DNA from: Chrysomallon squamiferum | Lineage: Eukaryota; Animalia; Mollusca | Assembly: GCA_012295275.1 (NCBI GenBank) | Contig: CM022677.1 | Span: forward strand, 62,001-126,000 | Direction of reading: 5' to 3' | DNA length: 64,000 bases | Part shown: positions 45,025-57,544 of the stretch, one piece after another | Position numbering within the stretch: position 1 is the stretch's first letter | Layout of the letters: every line of letters starts with the position of its first letter | The notes under the pieces: model-generated | Seen by the model: the letters and a program-made list of their open reading frames with translations, nothing else | Databases searched by the model: none | Told to the model about the DNA's origin: nothing | Position numbers and translations under genes: made by a program

Positions 45025-47275
45025 ATGGTTGAATTTCCACTGGAGGCCATATTGTGCAAGATGTTTATCATGTCATTTCACTTGGCCTGTAGTTCTGGAA
45101 TTATCACAGTTTGGTCTGTGTTGTCTGTGCAGAATGTTTTTTTACAGACCAGAGGTTTGAAATTCAATTTTTGTATTCATATCACAGATATGATTAAGCT
45201 ACTATAACATTAAACATCCTAAATTATTATTAAACACATTTTACATAAAAAAATCATGTTTTGAAGATGAAAAAAAAAAAAAAAAAAAAAATACAAGGAA
45301 ATGAATTTGTTGTTTTTAAAAACAGAAAGAAGTAAAATTATGCATAAATGATTTGTAATTTTAATATTTTATGTGATATTTAAATGGTAATTTGTTTTTG
45401 TTTCCAGAGATTACTAATGATAAATTTTATACTTTTTTTTTTTTAGTTAACTATAATTATCTTTATTAGATTTATCAATAATAAATGTAAAATTTTTGTG
45501 CTTAACTCATTTTATTCTTAAGGTTTATAAATGATAAATGCAATTTATTACTTTACAGGATAAACAAGCTTTCTGTCCAGAAAAAAGGTCAGGTTTCTTC
45601 AGGCCAAGGATGACCACTTGACCATGTGTGTAGTGCACAGTTCAGTGAAGAACAATCACTTCTCCAGTCCTGACTGTTAAGAGAAATTTGTACAGACTCA
45701 GACACTCAGATGTACTCAACATGTTTGTAAACAGATGCTGGGTATAATAGACAAGTAATTCAGTTTACTACCAGATTTTATAAACTTTAAAATAATAAAT
45801 TACTTAATTTCACCTGAGAATGTTTTAATATTAATATTATTAGATACAATTTTATTGTTTATTTGTAAATACAGACTTTGTCATTGATTTAGCAATTGTG
45901 ATAACAAAGCTGTAAGAGGAAATAGTCAATTGAACATGTATTTTAGAAAGTTTAAATTTAAAAATTAAGAATAAGATAAAGATTTTAGATTTTATTTGTT
46001 ATCAATTTAAAAATGTAAAAAAAAAAAAACAACCCCAAAACAATATGTATATTTTATTTTTTAAATTATTAGATTCATACTTAAAGGTTCTGACTTGATT
46101 TGTTCAAATGTGTTTTAAACAGACACATTCCCAGATAATAAAAAGTACAGGAACAACAAGAAATATTTTAATCAATACAGTTTGACTTTATTTTATTTTA
46201 GTTAAATTTTATTTCACTCTACATATATATTAGATGAAAACATCACTGCAAATTCAAATGAAGACATAAAACTGTAATAATTGTTCAAAAAAATGTACAA
46301 TTAATGTTTTATTTTCAGAAACAAGCTAGATGTTATATCAGAATCACCACAGAGTACATAAATCTATTTACAGCAGATTCTTACAGCAAAGAAATCACAG
46401 GACAGTTACAGATCAACAGATGTTTTACATGAGTGCTGTTTTAACAGGCTGAGTCATTGGTAAGTAAACTGTATGTACATCACATTTGTAATACTATTAC
46501 TGACATTTTTGTTTTAAATGTATGAATGTCATGTCTGATGTTTTGGACACAAGCTGGTGTTGTACACAGAGTACAGAAATCTATTTACAGCAGATTCTTC
46601 ACATCATGTTAGTTTAACTGCCTGCTTGACTGATAAATAAATGTAAACTTTTCACTCACAAATTTTAATAAACTTTTTCCTAGGGCATTTCAGTAACTAT
46701 GAAGTGTGAAATGTAATTTTAAATGGTCTGTTTCAGATGATAGTTATTAATTACTATTTTTGATAACATTGTAAGAGAAAAACCCTCTACCTCTGTTAAT
46801 TAAGACAGCTATTTTTATGTTCAGTTTCAAGTGTACATTCTTTAATACATAAGTAGCAGACTGACAAACTCAAGATTGATACTACAATCTGTTATTTCTC
46901 ATCTCACATTAAGTCACAAAACATCGGATTTGTATTTTATCTAGTCTTCATTTTACATAATACAAATTCAGAGGTAGACTTTTATAATCAGGACAGATTA
47001 ATACTGTTTACAGAATTCTGAATATTATTTTAGTTTTAGTAAAAACACATTTATTTTTGTTTTAAATATTTCAGGATTGTTTATAGTGAGAAGTGTTAAT
47101 GACAATCATCTGTTCATTCTAAATGGCTTCTTGAGTTTGCCTCCAAGTTTTTCAAGTTTTCTGATCACACTGAACTAAGAAAGCAGAAGAAATAGCAAAA
47201 AATGAAACATCTCAACAAAAAAATTAAAACAAGCTGGATGCTTGGAGAATACTAAGAACTTCTAGAAAAATCCAC
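45025..47275 (+). pseudogene. DHX8: Unprocessed DHX8/Prp22 pseudogene, 3' exons 45025-45154, 45559-45754, 46319-46459, 47075-~47275
   Basis: MVEFPLEAILCKMFIMSFHLACSSGIITVWSVLSVQNVF vs [127 protein letters not shown]/GT borders are present, with stops and frameshifts. Confidence 0.9.
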
Positions 47276-48110
47276 ACCAAACAAGTTTAAAAACATTACT
47301 TGTGTGAGTCATGGACTACTTACTGAATAATTTATAAAACTGTGAAACTGTGATTTCAGACTGGAAGTCACAATGTTGTTCATAGAAGATATAGTTACAT
47401 ACAGACCAGTATACATAATGTTTGGACCAGACACAGCAGCAAGTTCAGTCAGGTCTGTGAAAAAAAAAAGACTTTAATTTTCAAAAATGATTTGATTACT
47501 GCTTTCAAAATAAGACACATTTTATATAAAGCTGTTTGGTCCAGGGGAGATAATTTCATTTTCTGTTTTATTTTTTGTATTTCTTAATTAATTATTATTA
47601 TTTTTTTTTAATCTACTGAATTGTCTATACCAAGTATAAAGTAACAAAGAACACGAAGACTCCTAGTAAAGATTTAGCCAATAAACGTATCTTAATAAAA
47701 CATAAAATGGAAGTAGATAATTTTGTTTTTCTGGAAGATAAAATCAGAAATTAGAAATTTTCCGAATAAATAATTTTCAGATTACAAGTAATTTGTTATT
47801 TTATTCTGAAAACAGATATCTTGGTATTTTTCATTTCATTAATTTGAATATTTTATTATTATACTTTTGTTGGATAGACCAGAAATCTTGATATTTTTAT
47901 ATTTTACAGCACCCTTTTCTCTCGTCTTTAAAACCGTATAAAACATTTTAAAACATTTAATTTAAAAGTTCAATTATACCATACTTTTTTGAATTTGTAA
48001 TTAAGGATTTTTATAACATTTTTCTAAAATTATGTTTTTTATATGAAAAAGTAGTTTTGATAGAATTTGTATTTTTGTCAAAATAAACATTTCAAATTAT
48101 TTTGTATTCT
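47120..48110 (+). repeat. Direct duplicate of ~62155-63085 (DHX8 last exon plus ~0.8 kb of 3' sequence)
   Basis: Shared tttgcctccaagtt, taaaaacattactt....g.g/atcatggact, accagacacagca..aagt.cagtca.gtctgtgaaaaa, taacaaagaa, cagaaatctt and aaataaa.atttcaaattatt. Confidence 0.85.
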
Positions 48111-48429
48111 GTCCTTAATTTAATATTTTTAGCTAACATTATCAAACATCCTAAGATGACGAACATTTTTATTTATTTAGTTTTGCTACATTAACCAAAA
48201 CTTAATAAACATTACAAATTCTTATATATTAGTAGTTGTACAGAATTATTTGTATTTTCTCATTCAGGCTGAGTGCATGAAAAAAAATCACAGACTAGTT
48301 TAGACTGTTTATTTTAAGAAAAGTAAATCCATTTGATTACAAATATTTATTTATTTGTATTTTAAAAACTGAAAAACAAAACAGATTTTATCTGGTCAGT
48401 AAGAGATATAAACGTTTACTCAGTCTGTC

Positions 48430-51400
48430 AGGATTTTTTCTTCACGCTGTCAAACTAGAAGTGAAAATATCAGCCTAAGAGACACACACTGATGTACTGG
48501 GTGAACCAAAACATATTTTCTGAACATTAACACCTCATATTTCCTATGTCACAGTTTGATGTGTAGATTGGGAAAACAATTCCTGACTGCAGCACTGAGA
48601 AGACAGCAACTGTTACAGTCTCTGATACTGCATTGTCCCACTCTGCTGTATGAGTCAGGTAAAGGACTAGCTCAGTCCTTCGTATCGTCAGTGTGGCGAG
48701 ACATCACTCTCATGAACACTGCCTTCCCAAGTTTCTGTCTCATCTTGTTCTGCTGTTTTCTTCTCTCTGTTTCCTTTCTCTTCTCGTCCAGCTTCAGTTT
48801 CAGACGTCACCTGCTCTTCAACTTCCTGACTGTTGTGTTTGCCACCGTCATGCACTGTCCTCTCAGTCATCTGCCAAGTGCTTTCATTTGGCAGCATAAC
48901 AAATGAAGTCTTTAAACAAACATCAGCTCATTTTCACAAGAACACAGACTTCAACAGCACTCTGCGGTTTACATGTTGTTTCTGTCCATGTAAACATTCA
49001 CAGAATTACCTCTTCTTGTGTACTAAGCAGTTTCTAAAAAAAAGCATTGATTTGTTTACATATGTAGATATACAAAATATTTCTCTTTCTGACAGATACA
49101 TATATTAATGACTAATGTTTTATCCTGATATATATCTTTATTTTTTTTTTAATTTCTAAAACATAAATATTCTTCGAATCATCAAATTATACTGAAAACT
49201 AAGACATGGCAAAATTAATTATTAAACTTTCAAAACAAAACAAGAAATGGTTTTTATTACTCTTACTACAAATATAAAGTAACAAAAAATGAAACAATGC
49301 AAATGGAAATAAGGAAACATGGAAGTAAACTAAGTTATCCTGCTATTTGTATACCACAATTAATTTACTTGTTTTTGTAGACTATCCTTGCACTAATCTG
49401 CTTTTCTTACTCTGTATTGAGAATATTTTACCAATACCAAAACTGAAAACAATGTAAGTAGAGTGTTAAACAGAAAAGTTAATGCGTGTATTTTTAATAC
49501 CAGTTTGTTCTCTGTCTGTTCTGCTGTCTGTGTGTGTCCCATTCTGATGTTTAGGTAACAACACTTGTCTGTTTTGTGATATGTTCCTGAGAAAGCAAAA
49601 ATAAAATAAAAATAAAAACAATAACAACACATCTCTCTAAACTATATATAAATATTAATAACCTTAATGTATGCTAAATTTTAAAGTTACCAACTTATTC
49701 ATTATTTTATTTACAAAAATTATGTTTATTAAACTAACCATGAAAACTGAGAGGCTGCAGACAATAGAAACTACAGTACATTGTCTCCTATGTAACAGGA
49801 AAGTTAAACACTATAAAATACTCATTCCTTTGTTTTAAAATACACAAATAAATATTTACAACAAAATAACTGCATTTATGCCAATGTATGTATAGGCATG
49901 TGTGTGTGTGCATGTGTCTGTGGGTGTGAGTATATGTCTTTGTGTTTGTGTGTATATGTGTATATGTGTACTTACTGATATATTATTTACAAACTGCAAC
50001 TTCACATATTAAATTAAATTAAACTTCATTAGGTTTAGAATAATGAGAACTATAAAAGAAAACAAACTCAAATTCACCTGCTCAGATTTGTTCTCTTTTG
50101 CAATGGCAGAAGTACAAACTTTATTTAACCAGAAAACAACTGTGTCCTCAGTGTCTGATGGAAGTTCACTGGTTGTGTTAAAAGTTGTAATTTGTCTGAA
50201 AGTTAAAAAATTTCTTGTTCAAAATGCTGAATGTAAAATCTGAGGTCTCATTATATTATATGATAAATTATACAAACTATGCAGCCCAGATTTCATTCTC
50301 CATCTGCCTCTGTTCTCTGTCTTGCCATTCCTTCATCCTCTCTCCTTCCCTCATACATTCATACATTTACATATTTAACTGCAATCATCATAATACTTCT
50401 CCTTCTTAGTGATCAAAGTAGAAGGATGAACGCCTTTAAATACACCTCAAAAATAAAATAAATAAACTTTAACACACCCAAACAAACTCATTTTAATTAA
50501 AAAAATGATTCAGATTTTAGTATTTAACAAGATAATATAAAATCAATAAAGAAATAAAAACAACATACCTGACAGCTTGAACAGCATGTTCTACTGAAAC
50601 AAATTCACTGGCATACACCAACATCAGCACATCAATTAGAGCTGTACATGCATACCTGAAAAAAAAAAAAAAATAATAATAAACAGTTTTAAATAAATAA
50701 CTAATACTTCTGACATGCTTTGTGATTAATAAAGTATGTTACCAAGTAATGCAACAAAACAACAGCAAATGACTGCTGATTATTACACTATTTTATAATT
50801 AATTAAGAATTGTTTCAAAATTGATTTTACTCTCTAAGACACAAAAATAAAATAAACTCACAACTGAGAATGGTGCAGACTACACGAGAATGGTTTCTGT
50901 AACAGCTGGTTCATCCTTCTCCATGATGTAAATTCACTTTCTAGACAGCACCTGAACAATACTGCAGTGAGATACATAAAACTATTTAACTTCAATATTA
51001 AATATAAAGTTTAGTAGTTTTAAACAAAAACATGATATTTTTTTTTTTTATCAATCTACATTTGTCAGACGAATGCATTTTTCTTTGCTTATTATGATTT
51101 TGAATGTTTCGGTTATTTTTATTTGTGTATGAAATCACCCACATATACACACACACTATCTCTCTTGCTCACATATACACACACTATCTCTCTTGCTCAC
51201 ATATACATACTATCTCTCTCACATACATACACTATCTCTCTCACACACACACATATATACAATCTGTCTCATACATACATACACATCAAATCTCTCTCTC
51301 TCTCATACATACATATGCTCTCTCTCTCTCTCTCTGACTGAATTTGCAATAAAATAATCTTTATCTCTATGTAATAAAATTAAAACAGCTAAGTAAACTT

Positions 51401-52378
51401 TAGTCCTAACATTAGGTCAAGTTATCTCTGACTAACTTGTGTTTTAATAGCAAGCTGAACAAAGAGGATAAACATTTCAAACACAGGTTGTAGAAATGTT
51501 CTAAATTTCAGTATACAATCTAGTGATTCACACACACACACAGATATATTCAAACATACCCTGTCACTGTTGAGAGGTTTCAGAAAAACATTCTAACACA
51601 GGCTACACATCACTTGACACCAGACTGTTGCTTAGATGAGGTTTCACCTGAAAATTACACAATAATAATAAAATAATGATACTTTTTTCACACATTTTAA
51701 TCATGATGATGATGATAAAAATTACCATCAATAATAAATATAACAACAACAACAACAACAGTAGTAGTAGTAATAGTAGTAATTGTAATAATAATAGCAA
51801 AAATAGCAATAACAACACAACAATAACAGTAATAATAATTTACTATATACATTTAAATCTATTAATGAGAAGATGAAGGAATTAATGTTTTATAGAACAT
51901 ATATATAGCATTGTATTTTTGCTTTTGTATTAAACAGATGTTATGAAGGAATATGGTAATTTGTTTTTAAAGAGTCATGCAATAATATATTTTTAATTTT
52001 ATTCCATTAATGGCTAACTGAACTGTACTATAGAAAAAAGTGTCATGAGAGCAAACACAAATCTCTTCATAGATAATTTTCAGATAATTTAATGTTTCTA
52101 TTTTTGATGAAATAATTCTAAGGTTTATAAAAACTAAGACACTAGAGATAATTAAAACAAAGCAACATATAATAACTTTAATAATTAGAACATAAATCTT
52201 GAAAGATTAAAGAAAATAATAAAATATTTCACTCACATCTGATTTTTCATAAAATGGTTCTTTAAATTCATTTGGAACATTTTCTCCATATAGTTTCTGA
52301 AAAACTCTGCCAATGATGGAATTTGGCCTGAAAAACATGAAAAATAAATAATAAAGATTTAAAAAAAAAAAAAAAAAA

Positions 52379-52424
<46 letters not shown>

Positions 52425-52870
52425 ACAAATTCATACTAAAAAGTAGAAGTAGTAATAAGAAGAAACAAAACAAAATGTCAATAAATTAAAACTGACAGTT
52501 ACTAGATTAGTAAAAAAAAAAAAAAGGAAGGGAAACTGAAAAGAAATTTTCATCATTATAATACTTGATTTAAACAATTGAGTATGTATAGGTCATACAG
52601 TAAATCATTCCTGGCTTAATATAATTTTTTTTTTTTTTTTATTATTCCAGACGTAATCAATTAATATTTCAGACTTGTAGTTTTATCGAACTTTTATCAT
52701 CAAACTTAAACATTTTGGTTGTAAAAGCTCGCCAGCCAGGTACTTTGAAATGTCTGGTTGCAGTTTTGAAAACTCCCCAATGTAAATAAAATAAATAATT
52801 ATGTTTTTACTTACCCTGGCTGTCAAGAACAATCAACACAATATATCACCGTCGGGCTCATATACACGTG
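48430..52870 (-). pseudogene. CAMSAP: Unprocessed CAMSAP/Patronin pseudogene (N-terminal and CH-domain exons)
   Basis: Exons 52237-52327 (KLYGENVPNEFKEPFYEK vs KAFGTENVPEELQEPFY), 51560-51647 (VKPHLSNSLVSSDV*), 50862-50951 (VLSRK*IYIMEKDEPAVTE), 50569-50655 (ALIDVLMLVYASEFVSVEHAV) and 50078-50195 (TFNTTSELPSDTEDTVVFWLNKV vs ELPYDLEDAMVFWINKV). A weaker match lies at ~48555-48630. Canonical splice sites, in-frame stops. Confidence 0.85.
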
Positions 52871-53644
52871 GATCCCATGAGGTTTTTCGCTTTTCTTCGA
52901 CGACCGGTCCGATTTAACTGACGTAAAATTGGTGCGATCATTATTCCAAAACATGTTACAAATGTAATGTTGACTGAAATACCTGAAATCCAGCTGACAG
53001 CTTTTCAAAGATATAGTGATATCTCTTAAATAATCCAGAAATTTACAGACAAACTGTGTAAGTGATTCGACCGCCATTGTTTTAAGCTTGTCAAACCGAG
53101 CACTGATAGAGTTACCTCCCTTTTGGGGGCGGAGTTATGATAATGTGCTGAGGTCATTAGGACCGTATACATCATGCTTCATATTGTTGTCATGAAATAC
53201 AGGAGACTTGTAATGTATGTCAGTATATGCAGCCATTATTTATGTGTATACATACATATATTTAAAAATGTCTCTATTTAGTTATTTGTTTATTTAATCT
53301 GATTTATATTTCTTTCATCGTGAAATGTCAGTGCAGACATTGCTCTGTTTTGTTTATCGCATACGTTGGTGATCATTTATTTTAAGAATCGCTCCTTTTG
53401 GTACTATTGTTATGTGTTTTGAGATAACACGCAAGCATAATAATCTTTTATATTGTCTCAACCGAAATCAGTACTTCCACCTTTGAAGTAATAGACAGAT
53501 AGATAGATAGATAGATAGATGATAGATACAAACACAAACTGAAAAAAATTGAATATTGTATGAATATTAATTAAGAAATTGATATCATGTTAATGGATCT
53601 GTTTTAATTTTACTTTTTTATTTATATATTTATTTAATTTTATT

Positions 53645-53675
<31 letters not shown>

Positions 53676-54564
53676 TTACCATTAATATTAATAGTTTGGC
53701 TCTTAATCACTTACTGATATCATCTACAGTTTTTAATTTTATTTTTTTTATTATTATTATTTTTAAGTGTATATTAACATTATCTCTTAGTCAGTTACGG
53801 ACATCATCTGAAGTGTTTTATTTTGATTAGTTTGTCCCATTAAGCTTGTATAATGATTAAAATATCTTATGAAACACGCTGCATTTAAATATTTAGTTGG
53901 CTTTAAATTTATTTTTCTCTACAAAGGATGTGAAACTCTTTCCTGCAGTGATGACTTGGGGTTGTTTACAACTTCTATAACAGAACTCTTTGCTATTCCA
54001 TCCTGGTTTAACATCTGTTAGTTCTGAGACCAGGAAACTGAAATCAACTCAGACTGGACAAAGTTCTGTACCAAAACATCATGGAAAGTAAAAACCTGCA
54101 CAAACTATTGTAAGTTTGTCTTTATTATTATGTTTATTAGATTATTTTGATATTATTAATTTATCTATCTATATATATCTAAATAAATAAATTTGTTTGT
54201 TTCTTGAGAGGGTTGTTTAAGAGTGTTGATATGTGAGACAAGACATGGATAATGTTGGATCTACTCAGGTAAAATTATAATTAACTTTTATGATGTCAGA
54301 ACATTATTACTCTGTAGAATGGTCAGAAGCTGTCACAGACTGGGATAAGGAATCTGAGATTGATGTAAAATCTAAACTGATAAAAATGTAGGATTAATTA
54401 TTCTAAAATGTAACCAGTTCTCACATAATGTTACTAAACAGATGCTGTCATATCAGTGTAAAGAACTAATAATAGTCATAAATAAGTAATTAATAAATTA
54501 ACTTAAAAAACAAAACAAATTACTTTGGATATTAGTTAAATTTGTTGTAATAGGTTTAGTAAAT

Positions 54565-54657
<93 letters not shown>

Positions 54658-54752
54658 GACTGTGGGTGTGAAACCATACATTTCAATAAGTATATGTACA
54701 TATACTACCTTTTCTTTATATATTTATTTTATATAGTTTCTTACCTGTTCCC

Positions 54753-54783
<31 letters not shown>

Positions 54784-55079
54784 TCCACAACATGGCAAAA
54801 TAAATAGTTTAGTCACCAGTGCTCTTCCATATATCAGCACTCTCCCTCACCATGGCAACATCACTGGTTGTGTAGTCAGTTCTTATGTTTTCTCCACGTA
54901 AATTTTTTTATTTTATGTATTAGAGTTATCTTCCTTTGCATATACTAATCTTGATAATTTATGTTTTAGCTTTTTGAACTACACTCTTTGTGTTCTTACT
55001 TTGTCTGTTTTATTTTAAATAGCATATTATTCTTTTATTATTGGATTATTAGTATTACGGTCATTACCAGAATTAGTTA

Positions 55080-55386
55080 CATATGATATTGTTATTAAAA
55101 TTAAGTTTACTATTACTTGCTATACATGTTATTATTATTTCAGTTAATTTATTATTACTTGGGTGATATGATATTATTATTTCAGTTAATTTTATTATTA
55201 CTTATGTATGTTATTCTTATTTCAGTTAATTTGATTATTACTTGTCATATATGTCATTCTTATTTCAGTTAATTTTATTATTTCTTGCCTTATATATGTT
55301 ATTCTTATTTCAAATAATTTTATTACTACCTATTATATATGTTATTATTATTACAGTTAATTTTATTAGTACTTGTTTTATTTCAG
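55080..55386. repeat. Degenerate ~42-bp tandem repeat of an intron 3' end (~7 copies)
   Basis: ttattacttg..atatgttatt.ttatttcagttaattt recurs; the last tttcag (55381-55386) is the MARS1 acceptor. Confidence 0.7.
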
Positions 55387-57097
55387 AATGGTCAAAGTGT
55401 GGCTATCACAATATGAGAGGTCACCAGTGTGATGTATGTGACTCATCAATGCTGTAGAAATGAAAAACACAAAATATAAATCTTGTAAGTCATTAAAACA
55501 TATTAAAACATCACATCAACTATTTTATATTTACCAACGGTAAACCTGTTTAGTGTTTTATTGATTCATTTGTTGATAAAGTTTCAAATCCTTTTAAAAT
55601 AATTTTCTTTTTTCAGTTAAGTATGTAAATTCTAAAAACTCCAACATTTGTTTGGTGGGGTATGAATTTAACAGTTAACATTTAAGTTTGTCATTATGTA
55701 AGAAAATGTAAAATTGTTAGAATATCTTGATAATTAAATAATACTAGTGTATAACTGTTCTTATACATGTTTATGAGAGATGTACACACACACACACTGA
55801 CTTATGCTATATGTATTTATTTGTATTTCATCACTGACTTAGAAACCAACTATCTTGATAAGGAATTGTTTAAGTATATGTGTGTGGATGGGTAGATGTG
55901 TGTATAGGGTTATTACTATAATTTATGTATTTTGTTAATTTTTCAGAGTGTAGCTGATAAAGTTTTCATTAATAAATCTGGATAAAACTGATAAGAAATA
56001 TTTGTATTGGAGATGGAATGAAACCAAGATGTATCAATTGTGACCTGAAGTGGGGGACCCTACTCCCACTGGAGGGATACACTGACTAAGTATAATAAAT
56101 TACTTACATTTATATAAAAATAATAATAACTTCCTGTCTTAAAAAAGTAGTCTTTGTTCTGAATACTGAACAAGAAATAGTAAAAGAAATATGAATTAGA
56201 AAACACATCTAAATTGTAAGATATTTTTTTATAGTATCACAAAAAAGACATTGCTGAATCTATTCATATATGTAGTTAATGTTAAATTTGAAGATGATAA
56301 GCCTGATGTCTGATTTCTAAAATATGTTATCCCTAAAATTTGTGAATAAAATCCTCAATTAAAGCTTACAGTTCAAGACATACAACTGGCTAAAGATTTA
56401 TATAATTATATTTTATATCTTAATGAAAATATAATAGCAAAAAATTATGAGTATTTTTCTCTTCTGTTTTAAAAACTGAGAAACATTTCTTTGTTTTATT
56501 ATATTTATGAGTGGTTAAATTTCCAGGTATTCTGTGTTTGGTTTGATGTTCCAGTTGACTACATTTCAGTCACAGCTAACTACACAGACAGGACAGAAAA
56601 ATCCATCAAAGGTTTGTTTTGTGTTTTTTATTTCTAGTTTACATTTTTATTTATTGAAATCAGAATAGCAAAGCCAAAAACAATTAAATAAATATTAATT
56701 TTGTTAATTATTTAAATAATCTATAATTTTGTAAGTATGAATAGGATGACATAGCTATGATTATGTTGCTGTGTATAATTAGTGTGTTTTATCTAAATAT
56801 TCTGTTTGAAAAATATGAGAAATCTTCATTTATTAATGTTCATTTTCAGTCTGGCAGTTTATATTTGTTGTCAAGGGAAACCCAGATTTAACATAATTGA
56901 TTCAGTTTGCTGCTTTCTTTCTTAGTATATATTTTCATTAGATTCTTCATTTAATTCCAAATATTATAGAAACAAATAAAATTTGATACAAACAAATGTC
57001 CATTTTAACATGTCTTTTTTCTTCTTTTTTTTTTTTATGATGGTTTTCCTATTCTGTTTTTTGTTTTCTTTTTTATTTACAGTTTGTTATCGATTTA

Positions 57098-57161
<64 letters not shown>

Positions 57162-57243
57162 GTTCATATGTGTATCTTTCTTCTCAAGGACAGTGTATCA
57201 TTTCACAGTATTTTTTACTTCCACACTTCTGTGCACTGATGTT

Positions 57244-57544
57244 TAGAGCTGCCACTTACGCAAATTTACCTCCATATGTGATATTGATATTGAAATTCTG
57301 CTTTGTTGTACGCTTTTTAATTAATCAAAGAAATCAGTTCAAAGAGAAACTCGATGTTTTGTTTATCAAGACTACAGTTAATTCCATGCATATCCGGTCT
57401 AAAAAAAAAAAAAAATATTGTTTATAAATACAAAATAGATATTGGCAAACTAAGGTAAGTCTTTACGTCCAATGTATCGAACTATGAGCAAATCTTTTAT
57501 CTGAAATAAATATGTGAGATGCAATCATTAGTAGTGGCTCGTCT
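57244..57544. mobile_element. ~300-bp insertion (MITE-like) in a MARS1 exon; related copy at ~44420-44590
   Basis: gttttgtttatcaagactacagt and ttggcaaa.taaggtaag..tacgtccaat.tatcgaacta.gagcaaa are shared by both sites. The insert splits MARS1 TLLCTD from YTL (expected AEDNYTL). Confidence 0.55.

Noticed and set aside
45026-45140. Alternative frame WLNFHWRPYCARCLSC resembling a carbohydrate sulfotransferase motif
   Set aside because: Another frame matches DHX8 HA2 far better and continues through three more exons.
48556-48906. 116-aa plus-strand ORF
   Set aside because: No recognisable family; it overlaps the minus-strand CAMSAP relic and a pyrimidine-rich tract.
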